Assembly (NCBI GenBank): GCA_003551645.1
Contig: PUND01000112.1
Span: 10,713-74,712 of the forward strand
DNA: 64,000 nt
Origin: Phycisphaerae bacterium
GTDB taxonomy: Bacteria > Planctomycetota > Phycisphaerae > SM23-33
Reading direction: 5' to 3'
Below the pieces are notes generated by a model that saw only the letters and a program-made list of their open reading frames with translations, had not been told where the DNA came from and ran no database searches. This document shows positions 20,057-32,439 of the stretch, in pieces. Made by a program: the position numbers and the translations under genes. Positions within the stretch are counted from its first letter, which is position 1; every line of letters starts with the position of its first letter.

Positions 20057-20677
20057 ATGGCCTGCGAAGATAACAACGACGTTTCGCCGCCGGACTGGAT
20101 GGACATTCCGGCGATAGAGAAGGCCGTCCGGGACATACTCTCGGCCGTCGGGGAGGCCCCCGACCGCGAGGGCCTTGCCGACACCCCGGCCCGCGTCGCG
20201 CGGATGTATGCGGAGCTGTTCGCCGGTCTGCACGAAAAGCCCGAGGAATACGTGCGCGTGGGCTTTACGCAGCGCTACGACGAGATGGTCATCCTGCGGG
20301 ACATCTCGTTCTACTCGATGTGCGAACACCACCTGCTGCCGTTCATGGGCAAGGCGCACGTGGCGTATCTGCCGCGGGGCAAGGTGGTGGGGCTGAGCAA
20401 GCTGGCGCGGGTGGTCGAGAGCTTCGCCCGCCGGCCACAGTTGCAGGAGCGGCTGACCTGCCAGGTGGCCGATCTGCTGATGAGCGCCCTGGATGCCAAG
20501 GGGGCGGCGTGCGTGATCGAGGCGACGCACACGTGCATGACCATACGCGGGGTGAAAAAGCCCGGCGCGGTGATGGTGACTTCCGCGATGCGGGGAACCT
20601 TCCGCAGCAACCTCGCCACGCGGACAGAGGCGATAAACCTGCTGCTGCGAAACTCCGGCTCATCGGCGCACGGCTAG
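20057..20677 (+). CDS. folE: GTP cyclohydrolase I
   Basis: '[22 protein letters not shown]' and '[10 protein letters not shown]' are diagnostic FolE motifs. Confidence 0.9.
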   Translation: MACEDNNDVSPPDWMDIPAIEKAVRDILSAVGEAPDREGLADTPARVARMYAELFAGLHEKPEEYVRVGFTQRYDEMVILRDISFYSMCEHHLLPFMGKAHVAYLPRGKVVGLSKLARVVESFARRPQLQERLTCQVADLLMSALDAKGAACVIEATHTCMTIRGVKKPGAVMVTSAMRGTFRSNLATRTEAINLLLRNSGSSAHG

Positions 20678-20696
20678 GCGCCGGAAAGGGGACGAT

Positions 20697-22199
20697 ATGT
20701 CCGGGAAAGATCAGAAAGCACCGGTCGGCGAAGGCCGGAAGCGGCCGTGGTGGCGGCGGAATCTGTGGTTCATCGTGCCGGTTGTGGTGCTGCTGGCCCT
20801 CGGCGCGAGCTACCTGGCGTGGGACCTGTCCGCACGACGGGCGCTGAACCGCGAGATTGACAGTATCCGACGAGCCGGCGAGCCGTTGACGCTCGATGAT
20901 ATTGTCATGTCCGAAGTACCTCCCGATCTCAATGCGGTGACGCCACTAAAGGAAGCAGTCAACGTGATTCAGCTTACCAGCCATGAACGGGAGCTGGTGG
21001 GCCACGGCGCAGGGATGCCGGAACTGGTGAAGAAGTACATGGATGAGGTTGGATTAGCGCTGGATAACAACGAACAGGTATTCTCGCTGGTAGGAGAGGC
21101 CCGGCGGCGGAACGAGGTTGCTTGGGATATCCAGTGGCTTGATCGTCCCTGGTCGGAGGAGATGCCCAATTTTGCCGGGCACAGGCGTGTGGGCAGGTTT
21201 GTGGCCGTAGCGGCTTACCACGGGCATTTTACCCGGAGCGACGACCTGGCCGTCGAGAGAATACAAGATGTGCTGGCTCAAGGGCGGACGCTGGCAGAGA
21301 TGCCTGCCCTTCTGCCGTATCTTGTCAGCGCCTCAATTCTCGACTTGATCAATGCAGTGGTTGAGGAAATCGCCCCCGGATTGATTGTCGGCGGGCAGGA
21401 GGGAGCGGTGTCACGGGAGGTAGTTGAAGCGCTTATCGGTGAACTGCTGGATGAACTGCCGCAGAAGAAGCTGCGACAATGTCTGCTTGGGGAGCGTGCG
21501 TCGGTATTTGCTAACCTGAGGCGGCTTATGGGGGATCGTGCAGGCGTAGAATTCATATACTCGAATCTGACAAGGTGGCAGCGGACTGGGCTCCGGCTGC
21601 CTTTCGGCAAATATGACGCTGCTCGTGTACTGTATAGGTTGGGCGCTTACGCGGAAGCGGCCCGCCGCGACACCTACCCCGGTGCACTCGCGCTGTTTCC
21701 GGATCTTGCGGAGAGATCCAAAGACTGGTTAGGACAATTACGTTTCCCTGTTTCCGATAGCGTAGTCGGGGACTATACGATGCTGTTCCAAATGCATTTC
21801 CGCAACATTGCCAACAGTCGTTTGGCTGCGACGGCTTTGGCGATGCGGCTGTATGAGCTGGATCACGGGCATCGGCCTGAGAAGCTGGAGGACCTCGTGC
21901 CGGACTATCTCGACGAGGTCCCGGCCGATCCATTCGCCGCCGACGGCTCGGCGATAAGACTGGGCGAGTGGGGCGGGCGGCGACTGCTCTACAGCGTCAG
22001 TGTCAACGGCAAAGATCAGGGCGGGAAGTATTCGTATCAACCGGACGAGTATGTGGACTGCTGGATGGAGTTCGATCTGGTCTTCTTCCTCGACGGCGAC
22101 CGTCCCGGCGAGGTGTACGATCCACTGGCTGACAATCAACCGCTTATTCACCCCGGCGAAACAGATGAAAGGGACGAGCCACGAGGGGGTACGGAGTAG
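20697..22199 (+). CDS. membrane-anchored hypothetical protein
   Basis: 500-aa ORF with an N-terminal TM (WFIVPVVVLLALGASYLAW) and no recognisable domain. Its GC content looks slightly lower than the flanks by eye. Confidence 0.55.
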   Translation: MSGKDQKAPVGEGRKRPWWRRNLWFIVPVVVLLALGASYLAWDLSARRALNREIDSIRRAGEPLTLDDIVMSEVPPDLNAVTPLKEAVNVIQLTSHERELVGHGAGMPELVKKYMDEVGLALDNNEQVFSLVGEARRRNEVAWDIQWLDRPWSEEMPNFAGHRRVGRFVAVAAYHGHFTRSDDLAVERIQDVLAQGRTLAEMPALLPYLVSASILDLINAVVEEIAPGLIVGGQEGAVSREVVEALIGELLDELPQKKLRQCLLGERASVFANLRRLMGDRAGVEFIYSNLTRWQRTGLRLPFGKYDAARVLYRLGAYAEAARRDTYPGALALFPDLAERSKDWLGQLRFPVSDSVVGDYTMLFQMHFRNIANSRLAATALAMRLYELDHGHRPEKLEDLVPDYLDEVPADPFAADGSAIRLGEWGGRRLLYSVSVNGKDQGGKYSYQPDEYVDCWMEFDLVFFLDGDRPGEVYDPLADNQPLIHPGETDERDEPRGGTE

Positions 22200-22316
22200 C
22201 AACCGACGGTGAGCGGATGGGAGCACCTGGCGTGAGACAGGCGGTTATGACCGGGCCGGTTACTTGCGGCCGGCTGGGCACGAGGAGAGGGCTTCGTCGG
22301 CGGGCGCGCTGAGGGG

Positions 22317-22973
22317 TTACCAGTCCATAAGCTCACGTGTGACATCGCTGAACTGGTCGCCCAGTTCTGTTCTGATCTCGGCCGCCCGAATCCCTTCCCG
22401 GCCTATGCGTTCCTGCTGGCTGCGGACTATCTTGGTCCACAGCCGGGTGAGTTCGGCCGCTTTCTTCAGGTTTGTGCCCGGCGGAATGATGCTGGATGCC
22501 TCGATGCGCCAGCCGTCGTCGGTAAGCGTAAGCTCCAGAGGCAGTTTGTTGCGTATGACGATGGCCTCGGCGGTGTCGTCGGAGGTCTCTTCAATGACCG
22601 CGTGCTCATAGTGCTTCGTGTCCTCAGGGGGCAGGTATAGCCGGGCACGCTTGTCGTAGTGAACTTCCTCCCACTGCCCGCGGCCGTAGGCGTCGATGAA
22701 ATGCCGCCGGAACTCCTTCCCGGCATGGTAGAAGTCGTAAAGCGCCTCTACGACCCGCATCTCGTCTTCATCGCCGGTGATGGTCGCGAGGTGGTCCTCC
22801 CTGCGCCCCTCCAGCATCGCCTCATGCATCTCGATAAGCACATCGCGCATGGGCGACGGCGGGCCTGGCTCGTCCGAGGCCAGGTCTCGATCCGGTCTGG
22901 GGCCTTTCCTGCACCCTACGACGGTGGCGACGATCGCCGTCGCCAGCAGGCAGATTGTCAGCTTTCGCAGCAT
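22317..22973 (-). CDS. lipoprotein, unknown function
   Basis: Signal peptide plus lipobox 'LLATAIVATVVGC'. 218 aa. Confidence 0.55.
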   Translation of the reverse strand: MLRKLTICLLATAIVATVVGCRKGPRPDRDLASDEPGPPSPMRDVLIEMHEAMLEGRREDHLATITGDEDEMRVVEALYDFYHAGKEFRRHFIDAYGRGQWEEVHYDKRARLYLPPEDTKHYEHAVIEETSDDTAEAIVIRNKLPLELTLTDDGWRIEASSIIPPGTNLKKAAELTRLWTKIVRSQQERIGREGIRAAEIRTELGDQFSDVTRELMDW

Positions 22974-22991
22974 GGTCCTAAAACTCGTGTG

Positions 22992-25838
<2,847 letters not shown>

Positions 25839-26046
25839 GGTGTCTCCTGCCTGGTCTGGACCGGTCGGCCGCCGGCGGCCGAATTATGTCATGTGGACAT
25901 AAGGGGCGCACCAGCGGCGTCTTTCCGCCGGGGAAAGCATGTTTGTAAGCATCTCGGCGGGGGTCGTCAAGCTCACCGGTTGTTTCCGGGACGCGATGCG
26001 GTATGGTAGAATCAAACCCGATGGCACAAGACCAAAGGAGGTTCTC

Positions 26047-27303
26047 ATGCGACTGATAGTGACCATGGTTTTAACGTCGATTCTGTTGGCATCGGTGACG
26101 GCTTCCGACGCCAGCGCCGAAAACGACAAGGAGACCCACCCGGTGACACTTCGAGCGGGCTTCGCCAGTGTGGACATAACCCCGGAGGAGCCGATGCCGC
26201 TGATGGGTTACGCCTACCGGCAACAGAAGCTCTCGCCGGGCTTCAGCGGCGTCAGGGACCCGCTTTACGGAAGGGTTACGGTACTGGACGACGGCGGCGA
26301 GCAGGTCGCCGCGATAGTCAGCACCGACCTTTGCGTGATCCCGACGAGCATGGCGACGTCTCTGCGGGAGGCGATAGCCGAACGCATCGAGACCGTCCCC
26401 GAACGAGTCATCCTCGCCACCACGCACACGCACTCCGGCCCGAGGTTGTCATCCGGGCCGCTGGGCGGCGGACGGCAGTCTGACGAGCCGAGCTATATTG
26501 ATGTGCTTCGCGAGAAGCTGTGCGACGCCGCGGCCCGGGCGGCCGGGCTTACTTTCCCCGTGGAGCCGTGGGTCCGCGAGGCGCCGCTGGGCCTGGCCTA
26601 CGACCGACGCGTCGTTACCGACGAGGGCGTCGAGCACTGCTGGGGCCCGCAGGAATGGCCCGACCGAGTCCCGGACTTGGCGCACGACCTGACGCTGACC
26701 GTCCTTATGCTCCGCCAGACCAACGGACCGAGAAAGACCATCCTCTGGTCGTTCGGCGCCCATCCGGTGGTGCTGGGCAAGACTTCCCGGCTGATAAGCG
26801 CCGACTTTGCCGGTGTCGCGTGCACCATGATAGACAAGCGGCTGGACGGCGCCCGCAGCATGTTCCTGCTCGGGGCTTCCGGCGACAGCCAGCCCTGGAT
26901 AGCCACCCAGGAAGACCCGGACGCTGTGGACATAGTCGCCGAGGCGGCCGCCTCGTTCGTGGTGCTGCTGGCCCAGGCGCTTCGCCCGGCAGGTTCGGAG
27001 CTTCACATCGCCTCGGAGACGGTGCAAATCGGGCGCAGCAACCTTCCACTGGCGGTCTGGCGGTTGGGCGATGCATACATAGTCGCGGCGCCGGTTGAGC
27101 TTTTCGGCGAACTCGGTGTGATGCTTCGTGAACGGCTGGACGGTCCGGTGCTGATGGCGACGCTGGCGAACGGCTGGGAGGGCTACTGGCCGACCGAGCA
27201 AGCGTTCGAAGAGGGCGGATACGAAGTCGGCGGTGCCCGCTCGCCGGGTGACGGCGAAAAACTGGTCGAGGAGCTGGTCCGACTGGCCGAGACGCTGCGC
27301 TGA
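26047..27303 (+). CDS. neutral/alkaline (non-lysosomal) ceramidase N-terminal-domain family protein, secreted
   Basis: Signal peptide. 'GFASVDITPEEPMPLMGYAYRQ...LYGRVTVLDDG...VSTDL' resembles the ceramidase N-terminal domain. Strong RBS AAAGGAGG lies before the ATG at 26047. Confidence 0.6.
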   Translation: MRLIVTMVLTSILLASVTASDASAENDKETHPVTLRAGFASVDITPEEPMPLMGYAYRQQKLSPGFSGVRDPLYGRVTVLDDGGEQVAAIVSTDLCVIPTSMATSLREAIAERIETVPERVILATTHTHSGPRLSSGPLGGGRQSDEPSYIDVLREKLCDAAARAAGLTFPVEPWVREAPLGLAYDRRVVTDEGVEHCWGPQEWPDRVPDLAHDLTLTVLMLRQTNGPRKTILWSFGAHPVVLGKTSRLISADFAGVACTMIDKRLDGARSMFLLGASGDSQPWIATQEDPDAVDIVAEAAASFVVLLAQALRPAGSELHIASETVQIGRSNLPLAVWRLGDAYIVAAPVELFGELGVMLRERLDGPVLMATLANGWEGYWPTEQAFEEGGYEVGGARSPGDGEKLVEELVRLAETLR

Positions 27304-27402
27304 GGCCTCGGGCGCTTCCGACCGAGGCCCTGACCGGAAAGGACCGGCGGAGGGGGCATCCGGTCCGGCGTCGGGGCAGCGGCGGTCATATTGACATGCC
27401 GG

Positions 27403-28182
27403 TCAGTCCGCCGGGGGGTTGTTCGGCTGCGAGGGTTTCCGCTCCTGCTGATAGCTCTGGGTTTTCTCGCATATGAAACGGAGGGTCTTCCGGCCTTCCG
27501 GGCTGTCGGTCAACGATTGGAACTCCAGCCCTATGATTGTCGTCCGACGCCTGGACTCGACGTGCCGCACGACGGCGTCGGTATAGATCGTTCGTCCCGC
27601 CCGGCCGAAAGCCAGGCAGGCATAGACCGGGGTTCCTTCATCCAGGTCGGCCGCGGCGCCGGGATTGACGGCGGCCCGCAAACCGCCGGCGCTGATGTCC
27701 ATGACCCGGCCGGTCCAGACCGGTGTGGCAGGGGCGGCGGCAACGTCCGAAGAGCCGACCGCGAACCCCACCCGGAGCATTTCACCCTCGGGCACGGACA
27801 CTCGCGAAAACGCCCTGCGCTGGATAAGGTGCGCCGCCTCTGGTCTGGACGCACGGATTGCCGGCGCCTCTATCCCGTCGGCAAGCGTCTCTGTGCCGCA
27901 ACGGATGACGATGGACCTGCAGATGAGTTTGTCGGAATTGAGGCGGAATGTTACGCACAGCTCCTCACCTGGAACAAACTCCCGTGGGGTATCCGACCCG
28001 TACGGCCGGGGCAGCTCGAGCAGCAACGCATCGTCGCCGAGGCCCAGCAGTCGGCTGGAGCAGGGCACCCAGTGTCCGCTGTTGTTGTCCTGTACGCTCA
28101 CGACCACCGGAATCGCGGCCTCGGCGGCCGCTTCCAGCGATTCCACGATGTCCATGGCAGGTAAATGTTTCAGACACGACAT
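27403..28182 (-). CDS. PilZ domain protein (YcgR-like, putative c-di-GMP receptor)
   Basis: 'RRAFSRVSV' (RxxxR) and 'DISAGGLRA' (DxSxxG) PilZ motifs in the C-terminal half. The N-terminal half resembles a YcgR-N/PilZN region. Confidence 0.7.
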   Translation of the reverse strand: MSCLKHLPAMDIVESLEAAAEAAIPVVVSVQDNNSGHWVPCSSRLLGLGDDALLLELPRPYGSDTPREFVPGEELCVTFRLNSDKLICRSIVIRCGTETLADGIEAPAIRASRPEAAHLIQRRAFSRVSVPEGEMLRVGFAVGSSDVAAAPATPVWTGRVMDISAGGLRAAVNPGAAADLDEGTPVYACLAFGRAGRTIYTDAVVRHVESRRRTTIIGLEFQSLTDSPEGRKTLRFICEKTQSYQQERKPSQPNNPPAD

Positions 28183-28376
28183 GGCTGACGATCTCCTCTA
28201 CGCCCGGTCCATCGGCTCGGGTTCTGGTTTTTTGTCGGCACGAAAGGACCGCGTATTCAGCAGTTACTTGGCAAAACTTAGCGGTTGTCGCGTCGCTTCC
28301 GGCCGGTTTTGCCATGACAACCTCGGGCAATTGCGATACTTTCGCTGACAGCGGAAATCTCATAAAAGGAGATCGG

Positions 28377-28940
28377 ATGATTGATGATGGAGTGATGCGG
28401 GTTATTGAGAAGATGGAGCGGTTCCAGCAGGACTGGTCGGACTCCTGGAACATACCCCGCGGGCAGGGGCTGCTGATGCACCAGTTGGCCCTGGCTGCCG
28501 GCTGTCGGCGGCTGGTCGAGGTCGGCACCAGCTACGGATACAGCGGGCTTTTTCTCGCCTCGGCCGCCAGGTCCGGCGGCGGCGTCCTGGACACGTTCGA
28601 GCGAAACCCAGACAAAATCGCCCAATCGGCGGAGTTTTTCGCCGAGGCGGGGCTGTCGGAGTTCGTCAACCAGCATGACGGCGACGCCCTTGAACTGCTG
28701 AAGCAGTTGGACGACGGCGTCGATTTCGTATTTCTCGACGCCACCAAGGATGAGACCGAAGACTACTGGCGGGTTATAGAGCCGAAGCTCGCCCCGCGAT
28801 GCATAGTGGCCGTGGACAATACCTCCACCCACCCCGAACAGCTCGGCGGTTTCGTGCGGATGCTGCGCCGGCTGGAGGACTTCTCCAGTTGCGACGTTCA
28901 GGTGGGGCACGGGTTCGAGCTGGCTGTCCGGCCGGGCTGA
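28377..28940 (+). CDS. class I SAM-dependent O-methyltransferase (caffeoyl-CoA OMT-like, family 3)
   Basis: 'VEVGTSYGYSGLFLA' SAM-binding motif I and 'DFVFLDATKDE'. RBS AAAGGAG lies 7 nt before the ATG at 28377. The longest ORF (from 27948) overlaps the PilZ gene and was trimmed. Confidence 0.75.
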   Translation: MIDDGVMRVIEKMERFQQDWSDSWNIPRGQGLLMHQLALAAGCRRLVEVGTSYGYSGLFLASAARSGGGVLDTFERNPDKIAQSAEFFAEAGLSEFVNQHDGDALELLKQLDDGVDFVFLDATKDETEDYWRVIEPKLAPRCIVAVDNTSTHPEQLGGFVRMLRRLEDFSSCDVQVGHGFELAVRPG

Positions 28941-29021
28941 TAAGCCACGCGGAAGGCCCATTCGCTCACCCTTTGCGATAAGTTATGCTGTGCCGAGGAA
29001 GTTTTCAGACAGGGAGTCGGT

Positions 29022-30176
29022 GTGTACAGGATCGGTGAAAAAGAAATCGAGGCGGTCCGCAAGGTCGTAGAGTCCGGACAGCTATTCCGCTACCACAAGG
29101 GTCGTACGGCCGAGTGGACGCGGCGGCTGGAAGGGGCGCTGAGCAGGAAACTCGAAACAAAACACGCCCTGGCGGTATCCAGCGGCACGGCCGCTCTTAT
29201 AACGGCCCTTGCGGCCATGGAGATCGGTCCGGGCGACGAAGTCATTGTGCCCGGGTACACGTTCATATCCTCGGCGCTTGCACCGCTGGCGGTAGGGGCC
29301 GTGCCGATTATCGCCGAGGTTGATGAGACGCTGACGCTCGACGCCGCGGACGTCGAGAGCAAGACCACCCGCTACACCAAGGCCATCGTCCCGGTCCACA
29401 TGCTGGGGCTGCCCTGCCGGATGGATTCGATTCTGCGTTCGGCCCGCCAGCAGGATGTTCCTGTGCTCGAGGATGCCGCCCAGGCCGCCGGCGGCTCGTA
29501 CCGGGGCAGGCGTTTCGGCACGCTGGGCCGCGCGGGCATACTCAGCTTCAACCATTACAAGATAATCTCATGCGGAGAGGGCGGCGCGCTTGTAACCGAC
29601 GATGCCGACCTGTACCAGCGGGCATTCGTCTATCACGACGGCGGGTGTGTGTTTTTTGACGAAGAGGCCGCCAGCCGGCCGGAGTTCTTCGCCGGCGTGA
29701 ACTACCGTGTCTCGGAAATCCAAAGCGCGATAATGAACGAGCAGTTGAAGCGGCTCGACGGCATCCTGAACCGCCTCCGCCGCCGCAAGGCAGCAATGAC
29801 AGAGGAGTTCGCCCGGTCGCGGAGTTTCCGGCCTTCGCGATGCAACGACGCCGAAGGCGACTGCTCCACGCATCTGCCGCTGCTTTTCGAGACGGCCGAC
29901 GATGCGCTGGAGTTTGTGGAAGCGAACCGGCATACCACGCCGATGTTCCGGCCCATCGACACCGACCGTCATGTGTACACCAATTGGGAGCCGATACTCC
30001 GGAAGCGCGCGCGTCATCGGGCGATGGACCCGTGGAAATGGGCAAAGAGGCAGATAAGCTATTCCCGGGACATGTGCCAGCAAACGCTGGACATATTGTC
30101 CAGAACGGTCTGTCTGCCGGTGCCGCTGGAGCCAACCGTCAAGGAAGTCCGCTCCACGGCGAAGTCGCTGCTGTAG
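29022..30176 (+). CDS. DegT/DnrJ/EryC1/StrS family PLP-dependent sugar aminotransferase
   Basis: 'LAVSSGTAALITAL', 'DEVIVPGYTFISS' and 'SFNHYKIISCGEGGALVT' (PLP lysine region) are typical of the family. Confidence 0.8.
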   Translation: MYRIGEKEIEAVRKVVESGQLFRYHKGRTAEWTRRLEGALSRKLETKHALAVSSGTAALITALAAMEIGPGDEVIVPGYTFISSALAPLAVGAVPIIAEVDETLTLDAADVESKTTRYTKAIVPVHMLGLPCRMDSILRSARQQDVPVLEDAAQAAGGSYRGRRFGTLGRAGILSFNHYKIISCGEGGALVTDDADLYQRAFVYHDGGCVFFDEEAASRPEFFAGVNYRVSEIQSAIMNEQLKRLDGILNRLRRRKAAMTEEFARSRSFRPSRCNDAEGDCSTHLPLLFETADDALEFVEANRHTTPMFRPIDTDRHVYTNWEPILRKRARHRAMDPWKWAKRQISYSRDMCQQTLDILSRTVCLPVPLEPTVKEVRSTAKSLL

Positions 30177-30226
30177 AGGGGGTGCGCCTCCCGCCGGCGG
30201 CAATGCTGCCGCGGACAGGCGGATAG

Positions 30227-30472
30227 TCAGTCCTGTGGGTCGCCGGACGTCAGATACGCACCGAACGGCACGTGATCGGACGCCGCCGCGTCCGAGTCTT
30301 CACGGTCGGTTTCCCAGCCGAGTCGTTGCTGGACCTCGTGGCCCATCTCGACGGCCTGCTCGAACGTCTCCCGGCCCCAGGCGAATATGTCGGGGCTGTT
30401 GGGCAGATGCCCGAGGTAATAGCCGCCGAGGAACGCCCCGGTCAGCAGTATCAGAACAAAGGCCCGCTTCAT
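30227..30472 (-). CDS. small membrane protein (hypothetical)
   Basis: Internal start 'MKRAFVLILLTGAFLGGYYLG' gives one TM segment and ~80 aa. It has no homology signal, so it is low confidence. Confidence 0.3.
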   Translation of the reverse strand: MKRAFVLILLTGAFLGGYYLGHLPNSPDIFAWGRETFEQAVEMGHEVQQRLGWETDREDSDAAASDHVPFGAYLTSGDPQD

Positions 30473-30723
30473 GCGTCCCCAGACCTCCTCAGAGCGGTCG
30501 AACGGGACCACCCCGCTCGGCTCGCATGTCCATCTTAACAGTAGGACTCAATCCGACCAAAGGCAAACCGCCCGGTGGACAAAAACCGCGGCTGCCTCCT
30601 CGCTTAATGTGGCGGGCGCTACTCAAGTGTACGGCCCGGCGGTCCGATACGTCGGCAGTGAGGAAATCTTCCCGGCTCACTATCCCGCCGGAGAAGCTCT
30701 TCAGGACTATCAGGAGAGGACAG

Positions 30724-31203
30724 GTGTTGTTACCTGCACCAGACGTTCGCCGGGGGGATGGTTTCACGATGGTGGAAGTGCTTATTGTCGTGATGCTGCT
30801 GGGCATCCTGGCGATGATAGTCATTCCCCGCTTTACCGACGCTTCTGAGCAGGCGCGTGAGTCGGCGCTTGCCACAGATCTCCAGACCCTCCGGAGGCAA
30901 ATAGAGATATACACCTCCGAGCACAACGGCAGGGGACCTCATATAGACCATAACGGGAACCTCGACCCCGTTCGGCTGGTGGCCCGGCTTACCGGCAGGA
31001 CCGCCACAGACGGCAGAATCGACGATGACGGCCCCCACGGCCCGTACATACGTCGCTGGCCTGCGAATCCCTTTGTCCCCGACCCCATCGCAAGGACCGT
31101 CAGGTTCGGCGAAGGCCCGCCGCCAAGGGATGGCACCAGCGGGTGGTACTTCGACACCCGCTCCGGGATGCTGTATGTCAACTCTGTGGAAGGCCCGGGA
31201 TAG
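30724..31203 (+). CDS. prepilin-type N-terminal cleavage/methylation domain protein (type II secretion pseudopilin / type IV pilin-like)
   Basis: 'G|FTMVEVLIVVMLLGILAMIVIP' class III signal with Glu at +5. A GTG at 30724 is preceded by AGGAGAGGA. The longest ORF (from 30235) would give an implausible 160-aa leader. Confidence 0.7.
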   Translation: MLLPAPDVRRGDGFTMVEVLIVVMLLGILAMIVIPRFTDASEQARESALATDLQTLRRQIEIYTSEHNGRGPHIDHNGNLDPVRLVARLTGRTATDGRIDDDGPHGPYIRRWPANPFVPDPIARTVRFGEGPPPRDGTSGWYFDTRSGMLYVNSVEGPG

Positions 31204-31245
31204 CAGCCGGCGCCGCAGGTGGCAGCGACGCCGCCGGCGGCTGAT

Positions 31246-32439
31246 TTATTCCAGAATGCCTTCCCCGACATCGAGTGCTCGCAGATACTGGGCCTCGGCG
31301 ATGGCGTGGTCTTCCCATGCGGCCGCGAGTTGCGGAAGGAACGATTCATCTGGCGGAATGCGCAGCGCCCGCTGGATGGCGTCCTCGATGGTCGAGCCGG
31401 CCTTGACGTGCTCCAGGAACCGCCGGAACTGCTCCTGTGTCATCCTTTCGTGCAGGAAACTGACGAAACTGAACGACTTGGCGTAGAACACCTCCGGGTC
31501 GTCCAGGTCCGCGCGGTCACTTCGAAAGAGCCGGTCGAGCGAACCGCCGTCGCCGGCTGCAAGGGCGCTGCCGGCCAACAGGATCCGTTTGTGGTCCACC
31601 TCCGCCTCGGCGAGCATCGCAAGACCCTCGTCCAGAAACAGCGGACAGTGCGATTCGCCGAAGAATTCGTGTATCACCAGGTGGGCCAGTTCGTGCGGGA
31701 GCTTGCGGTCGAGCATGGCCGCGTCAAACGTGCCGTCCGAGTCCATCTGCGTAAGGTCGATACGCCTGACGATGCCGTCGGGTGTGTACCGGAGCGTGAA
31801 GCTTCCGCCGGCGTACTCGGGTGCATCCTCGGCGTGTTTAAGGAATTGCTCACGGTCGGCCCAGACGTATATTTCCACGGTGTGCGGCCAGGCCTGCCCG
31901 CCCAGGATTACCCCGCAGATGCGTCGCAGTGAGTCCTCGGCCAGCTCCGTGACCAATCGGGCTACTTTCGGGTTCGGCGCCCGCACGATGAAGTGCTCGC
32001 TGCTCTCGGTGTAAATCCGGTCGCGGACCTCAGCAAGCTCGGCCAGCTCGCTCGGCGTAAGCCGCTCACTGGGAGTGGATGGATTATTCGTTGTTGGTGG
32101 GGGTGCCTCGCATTCCTGCAGTCGCCGGCGGACGGACCGCCGCAGCCGGGCAGAATCGCAGGACGCCAGGTATTGTCGATAGGCCTCGGCGGCCCGGTCG
32201 TACTGGCCCCTGTGGCGCCTGACCTCGGCCAGAATCAGCCACGCCCTTGGGACCGGGTCGGTTTCGTTCTCCGTCAGGTCCTGCGCAAGACCCTCGGCCA
32301 GGTCGTACTGCCCGTTCCGGTAAGCTTGTATCGCCGCCTGCATGCCGTCGATATCCACCGCACGCATCGAACCGCCGGCGAGGGTTGCGAAGACGGCTAT
32401 CGGCAGGACGGCCACTATGAGCGAGTCAGTTCTTGCCAT
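31246..32439 (-). CDS. secreted HExxH-motif protein (putative zinc metallopeptidase-like)
   Basis: Signal peptide. 'HELAHLVIHEFFG...FLDEGLA' is an HExxH motif followed by a candidate third Glu ligand. TPR-like N-terminal region. Confidence 0.5.
   Translation of the reverse strand: MARTDSLIVAVLPIAVFATLAGGSMRAVDIDGMQAAIQAYRNGQYDLAEGLAQDLTENETDPVPRAWLILAEVRRHRGQYDRAAEAYRQYLASCDSARLRRSVRRRLQECEAPPPTTNNPSTPSERLTPSELAELAEVRDRIYTESSEHFIVRAPNPKVARLVTELAEDSLRRICGVILGGQAWPHTVEIYVWADREQFLKHAEDAPEYAGGSFTLRYTPDGIVRRIDLTQMDSDGTFDAAMLDRKLPHELAHLVIHEFFGESHCPLFLDEGLAMLAEAEVDHKRILLAGSALAAGDGGSLDRLFRSDRADLDDPEVFYAKSFSFVSFLHERMTQEQFRRFLEHVKAGSTIEDAIQRALRIPPDESFLPQLAAAWEDHAIAEAQYLRALDVGEGILE

Noticed and set aside
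19220-20530. 436-aa ORF on the minus strand
   Set aside because: It lies entirely antisense to queG and folE, both of which have strong family motifs. It is Arg/Gly/Pro-rich, as expected from reading GC-rich coding DNA backwards, so it is a spurious high-GC ORF.
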